DNA from: Eledone cirrhosa
Lineage: Eukaryota
Direction of reading: 5' to 3'
Assembly: GCA_964016885.1 (NCBI GenBank)
Contig: OZ024743.1
Span: 211,358,001-211,422,000 of the forward strand
DNA length: 64,000 nt
Shown here: piece by piece, positions 26,901 through 41,700 of the stretch
Position numbering within the stretch: the stretch's first letter is position 1
Layout of the letters: the number at the start of each line of letters is the position of its first letter
The notes under the pieces: model-generated
Seen by the model: only the letters and a program-made list of their open reading frames with translations
Database searches by the model: none
Told to the model about the DNA's origin: nothing
Program-made: the position numbers and the translations under genes

Positions 26901-29750
26901 TTCACTGAATTGAGAGATCACAGCTCTGATATTACAGACATGTGGTTAGAATGTCTGAGGAAAGAATCACTGGAGAGCTGTTCCAGGTAGAGCCACTAAT
27001 TCACTGAATTGAGAGATCATAGCTCTGATATTACAGACATGGGGTTAGAACGTCTCAGGAAAGAATCACTAGAGAGCTGTTCCAGCTAGAGCCACTAATT
27101 CACTGAATTGAGAGATCACAGCTCTGATACTATAGACATGTGGTTAGAATGTCTGAGGAAAGAATCACTAGAGAGCTGTTCCAGGTAGAGCCACTAATTC
27201 ACTGAATTGAGAGATCACAATTCTGATATTACAGACATGTGGTTAGAATGTCTGAGGAAAGAATCACTGGAGAGATGTTCCAGGTAGAGCCACTAATTCA
27301 CTGAATAGAGAGATCACAGCTCTGATATTACAGACATGTGCTTAGAATGTCTAAGGAAAGAATCACTGGAGAGCTGTTCCAGGTAGAGCCACTAATTCAC
27401 TCAGTTGAGAGATCACAGCTCTGATATTACAGACATGAGGTTAGAATGTCTGAGGAAAGAATCACTAGAGAGCTGTTCCAGGTAGAGCCACTAATTCAAT
27501 GAATTCAGAGATCACAACTCTGATATTACAGACATGTGGTTAGAATGTCTGAGGAGAGAGTCACTAGAGAGCTGTTCCAGGTAGAGCCAATAATTCACTG
27601 AATTGAGAGATCACAGCTCTGATATTACAGACATGTGGGTAGAATGTCTGAGCAAAGAATCACTGGAGAGCTGTTCCAGGTAGAGCCACTAATTCACTGA
27701 ATTGAGAGATCATAGCTCTGATATTACAGACATGTGGTTAGAATGTCTGATGAAAGAATCACTGGAGAGCTGTTCCAGGTAGAGCCACTAATTCACTGAA
27801 TTGAGACATCACAGCTCTGATATTACAGACATGTGGTTAGAATGTCTGAGGAAAGTATCACTGGAGAGCTGTTCCAGGTAGAGCCACTAATTCACTCAAT
27901 TGAGAGATCACAGCTCTGATATTACAGACATGTGGTTAGAATGTCTGAGGAAAGAATCACTAGAGAGCTGTTCCAGGTAGAGCCACAAATTCACTGAATT
28001 GAGAGATCACAGCTCTGATATTACAGACATGTGGTTAGAATGTCTGAGGAAAGAATCACTGGAGAGCTGTTCCAGGTAGAGCCACTAATTCACTGAATTG
28101 AGAGATCATAGCTCTGATATTACAGACATGGTGTTAGAATGTCTCAGGAAAGAATCACTAGAGAGCTGTTCCAGGTAGAGCCACTAATTCACTGAATTGA
28201 GACATCACAGCTCTGATATTACAGACATGTGGTTAGAATGTCTAAGGAAAGAATCACTAGAGAGCTGTTCCAGGTAGAGCCACTAATTCACTGAATTGAG
28301 AGATCACAGCTCTGATATTACAGACATGTGGTTAGAATGTCTCAGGAAAGAATCACGAGAGACCTGTTCCAGGTAGAGCCACTAATTCACTGAATTGAGA
28401 GATCACGGCTCTGATATTACAGACATGTGGTTAGAATGTCTGTGGAAAGAATCACTAGTGAGCTGTTCCAGGTAGAGCCACTAATTCACTGAATTGAGAC
28501 ATCACAGCTCTGATATTACAGACATGTGGTTAGAATGTCTGAGGAAAGAATCACTAGAGAGCTGTTCCAGGTAGAGCCGCTAATTCACTGAATTGAGAGA
28601 TCATAGCTCTGATATTACAGACATGTGGTTAGAATGTCTGAGGAAAGAATCACTGGAGAGCTGTTCCAGGTAGAGCCACTAATTCACTGAATTGACAGAT
28701 CACAACTCAGATATTACAGACATGTGGTTAGAATGTCTGAGGAAAGTATCACTGGAGAGCTGTTCCAGGTAGAGCCACTAATTCACTCAATTGAGAGATC
28801 ACAGCTCTGATATTACAGACATGTGGTTAGAATGTCTGAGGAAAGAATCACTAGAGAGCTGTTCCAGGTAGAGCCACTAATTCACTGAATTGAGAGATCA
28901 TAGCTCTAATACTATAGACATGAGGTTAGAATGTCTGAGGAAAGAATCACTAGAGAGCTGTTCCAGGTAGAGCCACTAATTCAATGAATTCAGAGATCAC
29001 AACTCTGATATTACAGACATGTGGTTAGAATGTCTGAGGAGAGAGTCACTAGAGAGCTGTTCCAGGTAGAGCCAATAATTCACTGAATTGAGAGATCACA
29101 GCTCTGATATTACAGACATGTGGTTAGAATGTCTGAGGAAAGAATCACTGGAGAGCTGTTCCAGGTAGAGCCACTAATTCACTGAATTGAGAGATCATAG
29201 CTCTGATATTACAGACATGTGGTTAGAATGTCTGATGAAAGAATCACTGGAGAGCTGTTCCAGGTAGAGCCACTAATTCACTGAATTGAGAGATCACAGC
29301 TCTGATATTACAGACATGTGGTTAGAATGTCTGAGGAAAGAATCACTGGAGAGCTGTTCCAGGTAGAGCCACTAATTCACTGAATTGACAGATCACAACT
29401 CAGATATTACAGACATGTGGTTAGAATGTCTGAGGAAAGTATCACTGGAGAGCTGTTCCAGGTAGAGCCACTAATTCACTGAATTGAGACATCACAGCTC
29501 TGATATTACAGACATGTGGTTAGAATGTCTGAGGAAAGTATCACTGGAGAGCTGTTCCAGATAGAGCCACTAATTCACTCAATTGATAGATCACAGCTCT
29601 GATATTACAGACATGTGGTTAGAATGTCTGAGGAAAGAATCACGAGAGAGCTGTTCCAGGTAGAGCCACAAATTCACTGAATTGAGAGATCACAGCTCTG
29701 ATATTACAGACATGTGGTTAGAATGTCTGAGGAAAGAATCACTGGAGAGC
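15000..29750. repeat. Higher-order repeat domain 2: units of about 31-33 monomers with a distinct variant set
   Basis: The marker GAGACCACAGC occurs at 19591, 22858, 25927 and 30481 (33, 31 and 46 x 99). Recurrent variants are CTAATACTATAG, CAATGAATTCAG, GACAGATCACAACTCAG and GAAAGTATC. Boundaries are approximate. Confidence 0.8.
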
Positions 29751-32700
29751 TGTTCCAGGTAGAGCCACTAATTCACTGAATTGAGAGATCATAGCTCTGA
29801 TATTACAGACATGGGGTTAGAACGTCTCAGGAAAGAATCACTAGAGAGCTGTTCCAGGTAGAGCCACTAATTCACTGAATTGAGAGATCACAGCTCTGAT
29901 ACTATAGATATATGGTTAGAATGTCTGAGGAAAGAATCACTAGAGAGCTGTTCCAGGTAGAGCCACTAATTCACTGAATTGAGAGATCACAATTCTGATA
30001 TTACAGACATGTGGTTAGAATGTCTGAGGAAAGAATCACTGGAGAGATGTTCCAGGTAGAGCCACTAATTCACTGAATTGAGAGATCACAGCTCTGATAT
30101 TACAGACATGTGCTTAGAATGTCTAAGGAAAGAATCACTGGAGAGCTGTTCCAGGTAGAGCCACTAATTCACTCAGTTGAGAGATCACAGCTCTGATATT
30201 ACAGACATGTGGTTAGAATGTCTGAGGAAAGAATCACTAGAGAGCTGTTCCAGGTAGAGCCACTAATTCACTGAATTGAGAGATCATAGCTCTAATACTA
30301 TAGACATGAGGTTAGAATGTCTGAGGAAAGAATCACTAGAGAGCTGTTCCAGGTAGAGCCACTAATTCAATGAATTCAGAGATCACAACTCTGATATTAC
30401 AGACATGTGGTTAGAATGTCTGAGGAGAGAGTCACTAGAGAGCTGTTCCAGGTAGAGCCAATAATTCACTGAATTGAGAGACCACAGCTCTGATATTACA
30501 GACATGTGGTTAGAATGTCTGAGGAAAGAATCACTGGAGAGCTGTTCCAGGTAGAGCCACTAATTCACTGAATTGAGAGATCATAGCTCTGATATTACAG
30601 ACATGTGGTTAGAATGTCTGATGAAAGAATCACTGGAGAGCTGTTCCAGGTAGAGCCACTAATTCACTGAATTGAGAGATCACAGCTCTGATATTACAGA
30701 CATGTGGTTAGAATGTCTGAGGAAAGAATCACTGGAGAGCTGTTCCAGGTAGAGCCACTAATTCACTGAATTGACAGATCACAACTCAGATATTACAGAC
30801 ATGTGGTTAGAATGTCTGATTAGAATCACTGGAGAGCTGTTCCAGGTAGAGCCACTAATTCACTGAATTGAGAGATCACAGCTCTGATATTACAGACATG
30901 TGGTTAGAATGTCTGAGGAAAGAATCACTAGAGAGCTGTTCCAGGTAGAGCCACAAATTCACGGAATTGAGAGATCACAGCTCTGATATTACAGACATGT
31001 GGTTAGAATGTCTGAGGTAAGAATCACTGGAGAGCTGTTCCAGGTAGAGCCACTAATTCACTGAATTGAGAGATCACAGCTCTGATATTACAGACATGTG
31101 GTTAGAATGTCTCAGGAAAGAATCACTAGAGACCTGTTCCAGGTAGAGCCACTAATTCACTGAATTGAGAGATCACGGCTCTGATATTACAGACATGTGG
31201 TTAGAATGTCTGAGGAAAGAATCACTAGAGAGCTGTTCCAGGTAGAGCCACTAATTCACTGAATTGAGACATCACAGCTCTGATATTACAGACATGTGGT
31301 TAGAATGTCTGAGGAAAGTATCACTGGAGAGCTGTTCCAGGTAGAGCCACTAATTCACTCAATTGAGAGATCACAGCTCTGATATTACAGACATGTGGTT
31401 AGAATGTCTGAGGAAAGAATCACTAGAGAGCTGTTCCAGGTAGAGCCACAAATTCACTGAATTGAGAGATCACAGCTCTGATATTACAGACATGTGGTTA
31501 GAATGTCTGAGGAAAGAATCACTGGAGAGCTGTTCCAGGTAGAGCCACTAATTCACTGAATTGAGAGATCATAGCTCTGATATTACAGACATGGTGTTAG
31601 AATGTCTCAGGAAAGAATCACTAGAGAGCTGTTCCAGGTAGAGCCACTAATTCACTGAATTGAGAGATCACAGCTCTGATACTATAGACATGTGGTTAGA
31701 ATGTCTGAGGAAAGAATCACTAGAGAGCTGTTCCAGGTAGAGCCACTAATTCACTGAATTGAGAGATCACAATTCTGATATTACAGACATGTAGTTAGAA
31801 TGTCTGAGGAAAGAATCACTGGAGAGATGTTCCAGGTAGAGCCACTAATTCACTGAATTGAGAGATCACAGCTCTGATATTACAGACATGTGCTTAGAAT
31901 GTCTAAGGAAAGAATCACTGGAGAGCTGTTCCATGTAGAGCCACTAATTCACTGAATTGAGAGATCACAGCTCTGATATTACAGACATGTGGTTAGAATG
32001 TCTGAGGAAAGAATCACTGGAGAGCTGTTCCAGGTAGAGCCACTAATTCACTGAATTGACAGATCACAACTCAGATATTACAGACATGTGGTTAGAATGT
32101 CTGAGGAAAGAATCACTGGAGAGCTGTTCCAGGTAGAGCCACTAATTCACTGAATTGACAGATCACAACTCAGATATTACAGACATGTGGTTAGAATGTC
32201 TGAGGAAAGAATCACTGGAGAGCTGTTCCAGTTAGAGCCACTAATTCACTGAATTGAGAGATCACAGCTCTGATATTACAGACATGGGGTTAGAATGTCT
32301 CAGGAAAGAATCACTAGAGAGCTGTTCAAGGTAGAGCCACTAATTCACTGAATTGAGAGATCACAGCTCTGATACTACAGACATGCGGTTAGAATGTCTG
32401 AGGAAAGAATCACTAGAGAGCTGTTCCAGGTAGAGCCGCTAATTCACTGAATTGAGAGATCATAGCTCTGATACTACAGACACGTGGTTAGAATGTCTAA
32501 GGAAAGAATCACTAGAGAGCTGTTCCAGGTAGAGCCACTAATTCACTGAATTGAGAGATCACAGCTCTGATATTACAGACATGTGGTTAGAATGTCTCAG
32601 GAAAGAATCACTAGAGACCTGTTCCAGGTAGATCCACTAATTCACTGAATTGAGAGATCACGGCTCTGATATTACAGACATGTGGTTAGAATGTCTGAGG

Positions 32701-35700
32701 AAAGAATCACTAGAGAGCTGTTCCAGGTAGAGCCACTAATTCACTGAATTGAGACATCACAGCTCTGGTATTACAGACATGTTGTTAGAATGTCTGAGGA
32801 AAGAATCACTAGAGAGCTGTTCCAGGTAGAGCCGCTAATTCACTGAATTGACAGTTCACAACTCAGATATTACAGACATGTGGTTAGAATGTCTGAGGAA
32901 AGTATCACTGGAGAGCTGTTCCAGGTAGAGCCACTAATTCACTCAATTGAGAGATCACAGCTCTGATATTACAGACATGTGGTTAGAATGCCTGAGGAAA
33001 GAATCAATAGAGAGCTGTTCCAGGTAGAGCCACTAATTCACTGAATTGAGAGATCATAGCTCTAATACTATAGACATGAGGTTAGAATGTCTGAGGAAAG
33101 AATCACTAGAGAGCTGTTCCAGGTAGAGCCACTAATTCAATGAATTCAGAGATCACAACTCTGATATTACAGACATGTGGTTAGAATGTCTGAGGAGAGA
33201 ATCACTAGAGAGCTGTTCCAGGTAGAGCCAATAATTCACTGAATTGAGAGATCACAGCTCTGATATTACAGACATGTGGTTAGAATGTCTGAGGAAAGAA
33301 TCACTGGAGAGCTGTTCCAGGTAGAGCCACTAATTCACTGAATTGAGAGATCATAGCTCTGATATTACAGACATGTGGTTAGAATGTCTGATGAAAGAAT
33401 CACTGGAGAGCTGTTCCAGGTAGAGCCACTAATTCACTGAATTGAGAGATCACAGCTCTGATATTACAGACATGTGGTTAGAATGTCTGAGGAAAGACTC
33501 ACTGGAGAGCTGTTCCAGGTAGAGACACTAATTCACTGAATTGACAGATCACAACTCAGATGTTGCAGACATGGGGTTAGAATGTCTGAGGAAAGTATCA
33601 CTGGAGAGCTGTTCCAGGTAGAGCCACTAATTCACTCAATTGAGAGATCACAGCTCTGATATTACAGACATGTGGTTAGAATGTCTGAGGAAATAATCAC
33701 TGGAGAGCTGTTCCAGGTAGAGCCACTAATTCACTGAATTGACAGATCACAACTCAGATATTACAGACATGTGGTTAGAATGTCTGAGGAAAGAATCACT
33801 GGAGAGCTGTTCCAGTTAGAGCCACTAATTCACTGAATTGAGAGATCACAGCTCTGATATTACAGACATGGGGTTAGAATGTCTCAGGAAAGAATCACTA
33901 GAGAGCTGTTCAAGGTAGAGCCACTAATTCACTGAATTGAGAGATCACAGCTCTGATACTACAGACATGCGGTTAGAATGTCTGAGGAAAGAATCACTAG
34001 AGAGCTGTTCCAGGTAGAGCCGCTAATTCACTGAATTGAGAGATCATAGCTCTGATACTACAGACACGTGGTTAGAATGTCTAAGGAAAGAATCACTAGA
34101 GAGCTGTTCCAGGTAGAGCCACTAATTCACTGAATTGAGAGATCACAGCTCTGATATTACAGACATGTGGTTAGAATGTCTCAGGAAAGAATCACTAGAG
34201 ACCTGTTCCAGGTAGAGCCACTAATTCACTGAATTGAGACATCACAGCTCTGGTATTACAGACATGTGGTTAGAATGTCTGAGGAAAGAATCACTAGAGA
34301 GCTGTTCCAGGTAGAGCCGCTAATTCACTGAATTGAGAGATCATAGCTCTGATATTACAGACATGTGGTTAGAATGTCTGAGGAAAGAATCACTGGAGAG
34401 CTGTTCCAGGTAGAGCCACTAATTCACTGAATTGACACATCACAACTCAGATATTACAGACATGTGGTTAGAATGTCTGAGGAAAGTATCACTGGAGAGC
34501 TGTTCCAGGTAGAGCCACTAATTCACTCAATTGAGAGATCACAGCTCTGATATTACAGACATGTGGTTAGAATGTCTGAGGAAAGAATCACTAGAGAGCT
34601 GTTCCAGGTAGAGCCACTAATTCACTCAATTGAGAGATCACAGCTCTGATATTACAGACATGTGGTTAGAATGTCTGAGGAAAGAATCACTAGAGACCTG
34701 TTCCAGGTAGAGCCACTAATTCAATGAATTCAGAGATCACAACTCTGATATTACAGACATGTGGTTAGAATGTCTGAGGAGAGAATCACTAGAGAGCTGT
34801 TCCAGGTAGAGCCAATAATTCACTGAATTGAGAGATCACAGCTCTGATATTACAGATATGTGGTTAGAATGTCTGAGGAAAGAATCACTGGAGAGCTGTT
34901 CCAGGTAGAGCCACTAATTCACTGAATTGAGAGATCATAGTTCTGATATTACAGACATGTGGTTAGAATGTCTGATGAAAGAATCACTGGAGAGCTGTTC
35001 CAGGTAGAGCCACTAATTCACTGAATTGAGAGATCACAGCTCTGATATTACAGACATGTGGTTAGAATGTCTGAGGAAAGACTCACTGGAGAGCTGTTCC
35101 AGGTAGAGCCACTAATTCACTGAATTGACAGATCACAACTCAGATATTGCAGACATGGGGTTAGAATGTCTGAGGAAAGTATCACTGGAGAGCTGTTCCA
35201 GGTAGAGCCACTAATTCACTCAATTGAGAGATCACAGCTCTGATATTACAGACATGTGGTTAGAATGTCTGAGGTAAGAATCACTGGAGAGCTGTTCCAG
35301 GTAGAGCCACTAATTCACTGAATTGAGAGATCACAGCTCTGATATTACAGACATGTGGTTAGAATGTCTCAGGAAAGAATCACTAGAGACCTGTTCCAGG
35401 TAGAGCCACTAATTCACTGAATTGAGAGATCACGGCTCTGATATTACAGACATGTGGTTAGAATGTCTGAGGAAAGAATCACTAGAGAGCTGTTCCAGGT
35501 AGAGCCACTAATTCACTGAATTGAGACATCACAGCTCTGATATTACAGACATGTGGTTAGAATGTCTGAGGAAAGTATCACTGGAGAGCTGTTCCAGGTA
35601 GAGCCACTAATTCACTGAATTGAGAGATCACAGCTCTGATATTACAGACATGTGGTTAGAATGTCTGAGGAAAGAATCACTAGAGAGCTGTTCCAGGTAG

Positions 35701-38700
35701 AGCCACAAATTCACTGAATTGAGAGATCACAGCTCTGATATTACAGACATGTGGTTAGAATGTCTCAGGTAAGAATCACTGGAGAGCTGTTCCAGGTAGA
35801 GCCACTAATTCACTGAATTGAGAGATCACAGCTCTGATATTACAGACATGTGGTTAGAATGTCTGAGGAAAGAATCACTAGAGAGCTGTTCCAGGTAGAG
35901 CCGCTAATTCACTGAATTGAGAGATCATAGCTCTGATACTACAGACATGTGGTTAGAATGTCTCAGGAAAGAATCACTGGAGAGCTGTTCCAGGTAGAGC
36001 CACTAATTCACTGAATTGAGAGATCATAGCTCTGATACTACAGAAATGTGGTTAGAACGTCTCAGGAAAGAATCACTGGAGAGCTGTTCCAGGTAGAGCC
36101 ACTAATTCACTGAATTGAGAGATCATAGCTCTGATATTACAGACATGGGGTTAGAATGTCTCAGGAAAGAATCACTAGAGAGCTGTTCCAGGTAGAGCCA
36201 CTAATTCACTGAATTGAGAGATCAAAGCTCTGATATTACAGACATGTGGTTAGAATGTCTGAGGAAAGAATCACTGGAGAGCTGTTCCAGGTAGAGCCAC
36301 TAATTCACTGAATTGAGAGATCGCAGCTCTGATATTACAGACATGTGGTTAGAATGTCTGAGGAAAGAATCACTGGAGAGCTGTTCCAGGTAGAGCCACT
36401 AATTCACTGAATTGAGAGATCATAGCTCTGATATTACAGACATGTGGTTAGAATGTCTGAGGAAAGAATCACTAGAGAGCTGTTCCAGGTAGAGCCACTA
36501 ATTCACTGAATTGAGAGATCACAATTCTGATATTACAGACATGTGGTTAGAATGTCTGAGGAAAGAATCACTGGAGAGATATTCCAGGTAGAGCCACTAA
36601 TTCACTGAATTGAGAGATCACAGCTCTGATACTACAGACATGTGCTTAGAATGTCTAAGGAAAGAATCACTGGAGAGCTGTTCCATGTAGAGCCACTAAT
36701 TCACTGAATTGAGAGATCACAGCTCTGATATTACAGACATGTGGTTAGAATGTCTCAGGAAAGAATCACTGGAGAGCTGTTCCAGGTAGAGCCACTAATT
36801 CACTGAATTGAGAGATCACAGCTCGGATATTACAGACATGTGGTTAGAATGTCTGAGGAAAGAATCACTGGAGAGCTGTTCCAAGTAGAGCCACTAATTC
36901 ACTGAATTGAGAGATCACAACTCAGATATTACAGACATGTGGTTAGAATGTCTGAGGAAAGAATCACTAGAGAGCTGTTCCAGGTAGAGCTACTAATTCA
37001 TTGAATTGAGAGATCACAGCTCTGATACTACAGACATGGGGTTAGAATTCCTGAGGAAAGTATAACTAGAGAGCTGTTCCAGGTAGAGCCACTAATTCAC
37101 CAAATTGAGAGATCTTAGCTCTGATACTACAGACATGTGGTTAGAATGTCTGAGGAACGAATCACTAGAGAGCTGTTCCAGGTAGTGCCACTAATTCACT
37201 GAATTGAGAGATCATAGCTCTGATACTACAGACATGTGGTTAGAATGTCTCAGGAAAGAATCACTAGAGAGCTGTTCCAGGTAGAGCCACTAATTCACTG
37301 AATTGAGAGTTCACAGCTCTGATACTACAGACATGTGGTTAGAATGTCTGGGGAAAGAATCACTAGAGAGCTGTTCCAGGTAGAGCCACTAATTCACTGA
37401 ATTGAGAGATCATAGCTCTGATACTACAGACATGTGGTTAGAATGTCTGAGGAAAGAATCACTAGAGAGCTGTTCCAGGTAGAGCCACTAATTCACTGAA
37501 TTGAGAGATCACAGCTCTGATATTACAGACATGTGGCTAGAATGTCTGAGGAAAGAATCCTCGGAGAGCTGTTCCATGTAGAGCCACTAATTCACTGAAT
37601 TGAGAGATCACAGCTCTGATATTACAGATATGTTGTTAGAATGTCTCAGGAAAGAATCACTGGAGATCTGTTCCAGGTAGAGCCACTAATTCACTGAATT
37701 GAGAGATCACAGCTCTGATATTACAGACATGTGGTTAGAATGTCTCAGGAAAGAATCACTAGAGAGCTGTTTCATGTAGAGCCACTAATTCACTGAATTG
37801 AGAGATCACAGCTCTGATATTATAGACATGTGGTTAGAATGTCTGAGGAAAGAATCACTAGCGAGCTGTTCCAGATAGAGCCGCTAATTCACTGAATTGA
37901 GAGATCACAGCTCTGATACTACAGATATGTGGTTAGAATGTCTGAGGAAAGAATCACTGGAGAGCTGTTCCAGGTAGAGCCACTAATTCACTGAATTGAG
38001 AGATCACAGCTCTGATACTACAGACATGTGGTTAGAATGTCTGAGGAAAGAATCGCTGGGGAGCTTTTCCAGGTAGAGCCACTAATTCACTGAATTGAGA
38101 GATCACAGCTCTGATATTACAGACATGTGGTTAGAATGTCTGATGAAAGAAACACTAGAGAGCTGTTCCAGGTAGAGCCACTAATTCACTGAATTGAGAG
38201 ATAATAGCTCTGATATTACAGACATGTGGTTAGAATGTCTGAGGAAAGAATCACTAGAGAGCTGTTCCAGCTAGAGCCACTAATTCACTGAATTGAGAGA
38301 TCACAGCTCTGATATTACAGACCTGTGGTTAGAATGTCTGAGGAAAGAATCACTAGAGAGCTGTTCCAGGTAGAGCCACTAATTCACTGAATTGAGAGAT
38401 CACAGCTCTGATATTACAGACATGTGGTTAGAATGTCTGAGTAAAGAATCACTGGAGAGCTGTTCCAGGTAGAGCCACTAATTCACTGAATTGAGAGATA
38501 ATAGCTCTGATATTACAGACATGTGGTTAGAATGTCTGAGGAAAGAATCACTAGAGGGCTGTTCCAGGTAGAGCCACTAATTCACTGAATTTAGAGATCA
38601 CAGCTCTGATATTACAGACATGTTGTTAGAATGTCTCAGGAAAGTATCACTAGAGAGCTGTTCCAGGTAGAGCCACTAATTCACTGAATTGAGAGATCAC

Positions 38701-41700
38701 AGCTCTGATAATACAGACATGTGGTTAGTATGTCTCAGTAAAGAATCACTGGAGAGCTGTTCCAGGTAGAGCCGTTAATTCACTGAATTGAGAGATCATA
38801 GCTCTGATACTACAGACATGTGGTTAGAATGTCTAAGGAAAGAATCACTAGAGAGCTGTTCCAGGTAGAGCCGCTAATTCACTGAATTGAGAGATCATAG
38901 CTCTGATACTACAGACATGTGGTTAGAATGTCTGAGGAAAGAAACACTAGAGAGCTGTTCCAGGTATGAGCCACTAATTAAATGAATTGAGAGATCACAG
39001 CTCTGATACTACAGACATGGGGTTAGAATTCCTGAGGAAAGAATAACTAGAGAGCTGTTCCAGGTAGAGCCACTAATTCACCAAATTGAGAGATCATAGC
39101 TCTGATACTACAGACATGTGGTTAGAATGTCTGAGGAACGAATCACTAGAGAGCTGTTCCAGGTAGTGCCACTAATTCACTGAATTGAGAGATCATAGCT
39201 CTGATACTACAGACATGTGGTTAGAATGTCTGAGGAAAGAATCACTAGAGAGCTGTTCCAGGTAGAGCCACTAATTCACTGAATTGAGAGATCACAGCTC
39301 TGATACTACAGACATGTGGTTAGAATGTCTGAGGAAAGAATCACTAGAGAGCTCTTCCAGGTAGAGCCACTAATTCACTGAATTGTGAGATCATAGCTCT
39401 GATACTACAGATATGTGGTTAGAATGTCTGAGGAAAGAATCACTGGAGAGCTGTTCCAGGTAGAGCCACTAATTCACTGAATTGAGAGATCACAGCTCTG
39501 ATATTACAGACATGTGGTTAGAATGTCTGAGGAAAGAATCACTAGAGAGCTGTTCCAGGTAGAGCCACTAATTCACTGAATTGAGAGATCATAGCTCTGA
39601 TACTACAGACATGTGGTTAGAATGTCTGAGGAAAGAATCACTAGAGAGCTGTTCCAGGTAGAGCCACTAATTCACTGAATTAAGAGATCATAGCTCTGAT
39701 ATTACAGACATGTGGTTAGAATGTCTGAGGAAAGAATCACTAGAGAGCTGTTCCAGGTAGAGCCACTAATTCACTGAATTGAGAGATCACAGCTCTGATA
39801 TTACAGACATGTGGTTAGAATGTCTGAGGAAAGAATCACTAGAGAGCTGTTCCAGGTAGTGCCACTAATTCACTGAATTGAGAGATAATAGCTCTGATAT
39901 TACAGACATGTGGTTAGAATGTCTGAGGAACGAATCACTGGAGAGCTGTTCCAGGTAGAGCCACTAATTCACTGAATTGAGAGATCATAGCTCTGATATT
40001 ACAGACATGGGGTTAGAACGTCTCAGGAAAGAATCACTAGAGAGCTGTTCCAGGTAGAGCCACTAATTCACTGAATTGAGAGATCACAGCTCTGATACTA
40101 TAGATATATGGTTAGAATGTCTGAGGAAAGAATCACTAGAGAGCTGTTCCAGGTAGAGCCACTAATTCACTGAATTGAGAGATCACAATTCTGATATTAC
40201 AGACATGGGGTTAGAATGTCTGAGGAAAGAATCACTGGAGAGATGTTCCAGGTAGAGCCACTAATTCACTGAATTGAGAGATCACAGCTCTGATATTACA
40301 GACATGTGCTTAGAATGTCTAAGGAAAGAATCACTGGAGAGCTGTTCCAGGTAGAGCCACTAATTCACTCAGTTGAGAGATCACAGCTCTGATATTACAG
40401 ACATGTGGTTAGAATGTCTGAGGAAAGAATCACTAGAGAGCTGTTCCAGGTAGAGCCACTAATTCACTGAATTGAGAGATCATAGCTCTAATACTATAGA
40501 CATGAGGTTAGAATGTCTGAGGAAAGAATCACTAGAGAGCTGTTCCAGGTAGAGCCACTAATTCAATGAATTCAGAGATCACAACTCTGATATTACAGAC
40601 ATGTGGTTAGAATGTCTGAGGAGAGAGTCACTAGAGAGCTGTTCCAGGTAGAGCCAATAATTCACTGAATTGAGAGACCACAGCTCTGATATTACAGACA
40701 TGTGGTTAGAATGTCTGAGGAAAGAATCACTGGAGAGCTGTTCCAGGTAGAGCCACTAATTCACTGAATTGAGAGATCATAGCTCTGATATTACAGACAT
40801 GTGGTTAGAATGTCTGATGAAAGAATCACTGGAGAGCTGTTCCAGGTAGAGCCACTAATTCACTGAATTGAGAGATCACAGCTCTGATATTACAGACATG
40901 TGGTTAGAATGTCTGAGGAAAGAATCACTGGAGAGCTGTTCCAGGTAGAGCCACTAATTCACTGAATTGACAGATCACAACTCAGATATTACAGACATGT
41001 GGTTAGAATGTCTGATTAGAATCACTGGAGAGCTGTTCCAGGTAGAGCCACTAATTCACTGAATTGAGAGATCACAGCTCTGATATTACAGACATGTGGT
41101 TAGAATGTCTGAGGAAAGAATCACTAGAGAGCTGTTCCAGGTAGAGCCACAAATTCACGGAATTGAGAGATCACAGCTCTGATATTACAGACATGTGGTT
41201 AGAATGTCTGAGGTAAGAATCACTGGAGAGCTGTTCCAGGTAGAGCCACTAATTCACTGAATTGAGAGATCACAGCTCTGATATTACAGACATGTGGTTA
41301 GAATGTCTCAGGAAAGAATCACTAGAGACCTGTTCCAGGTAGAGCCACTAATTCACTGAATTGAGAGATCACGGCTCTGATATTACAGACATGTGGTTAG
41401 AATGTCTGAGGAAAGAATCACTAGAGAGCTGTTCCAGGTAGAGCCACTAATTCACTGAATTGAGACATCACAGCTCTGATATTACAGACATGTGGTTAGA
41501 ATGTCTGAGGAAAGTATCACTGGAGAGCTGTTCCAGGTAGAGCCACTAATTCACTCAATTGAGAGATCACAGCTCTGATATTACAGACATGTGGTTAGAA
41601 TGTCTGAGGAAAGAATCACTAGAGAGCTGTTCCAGGTAGAGCCACAAATTCACTGAATTGAGAGATCACAGCTCTGATATTACAGACATGTGGTTAGAAT

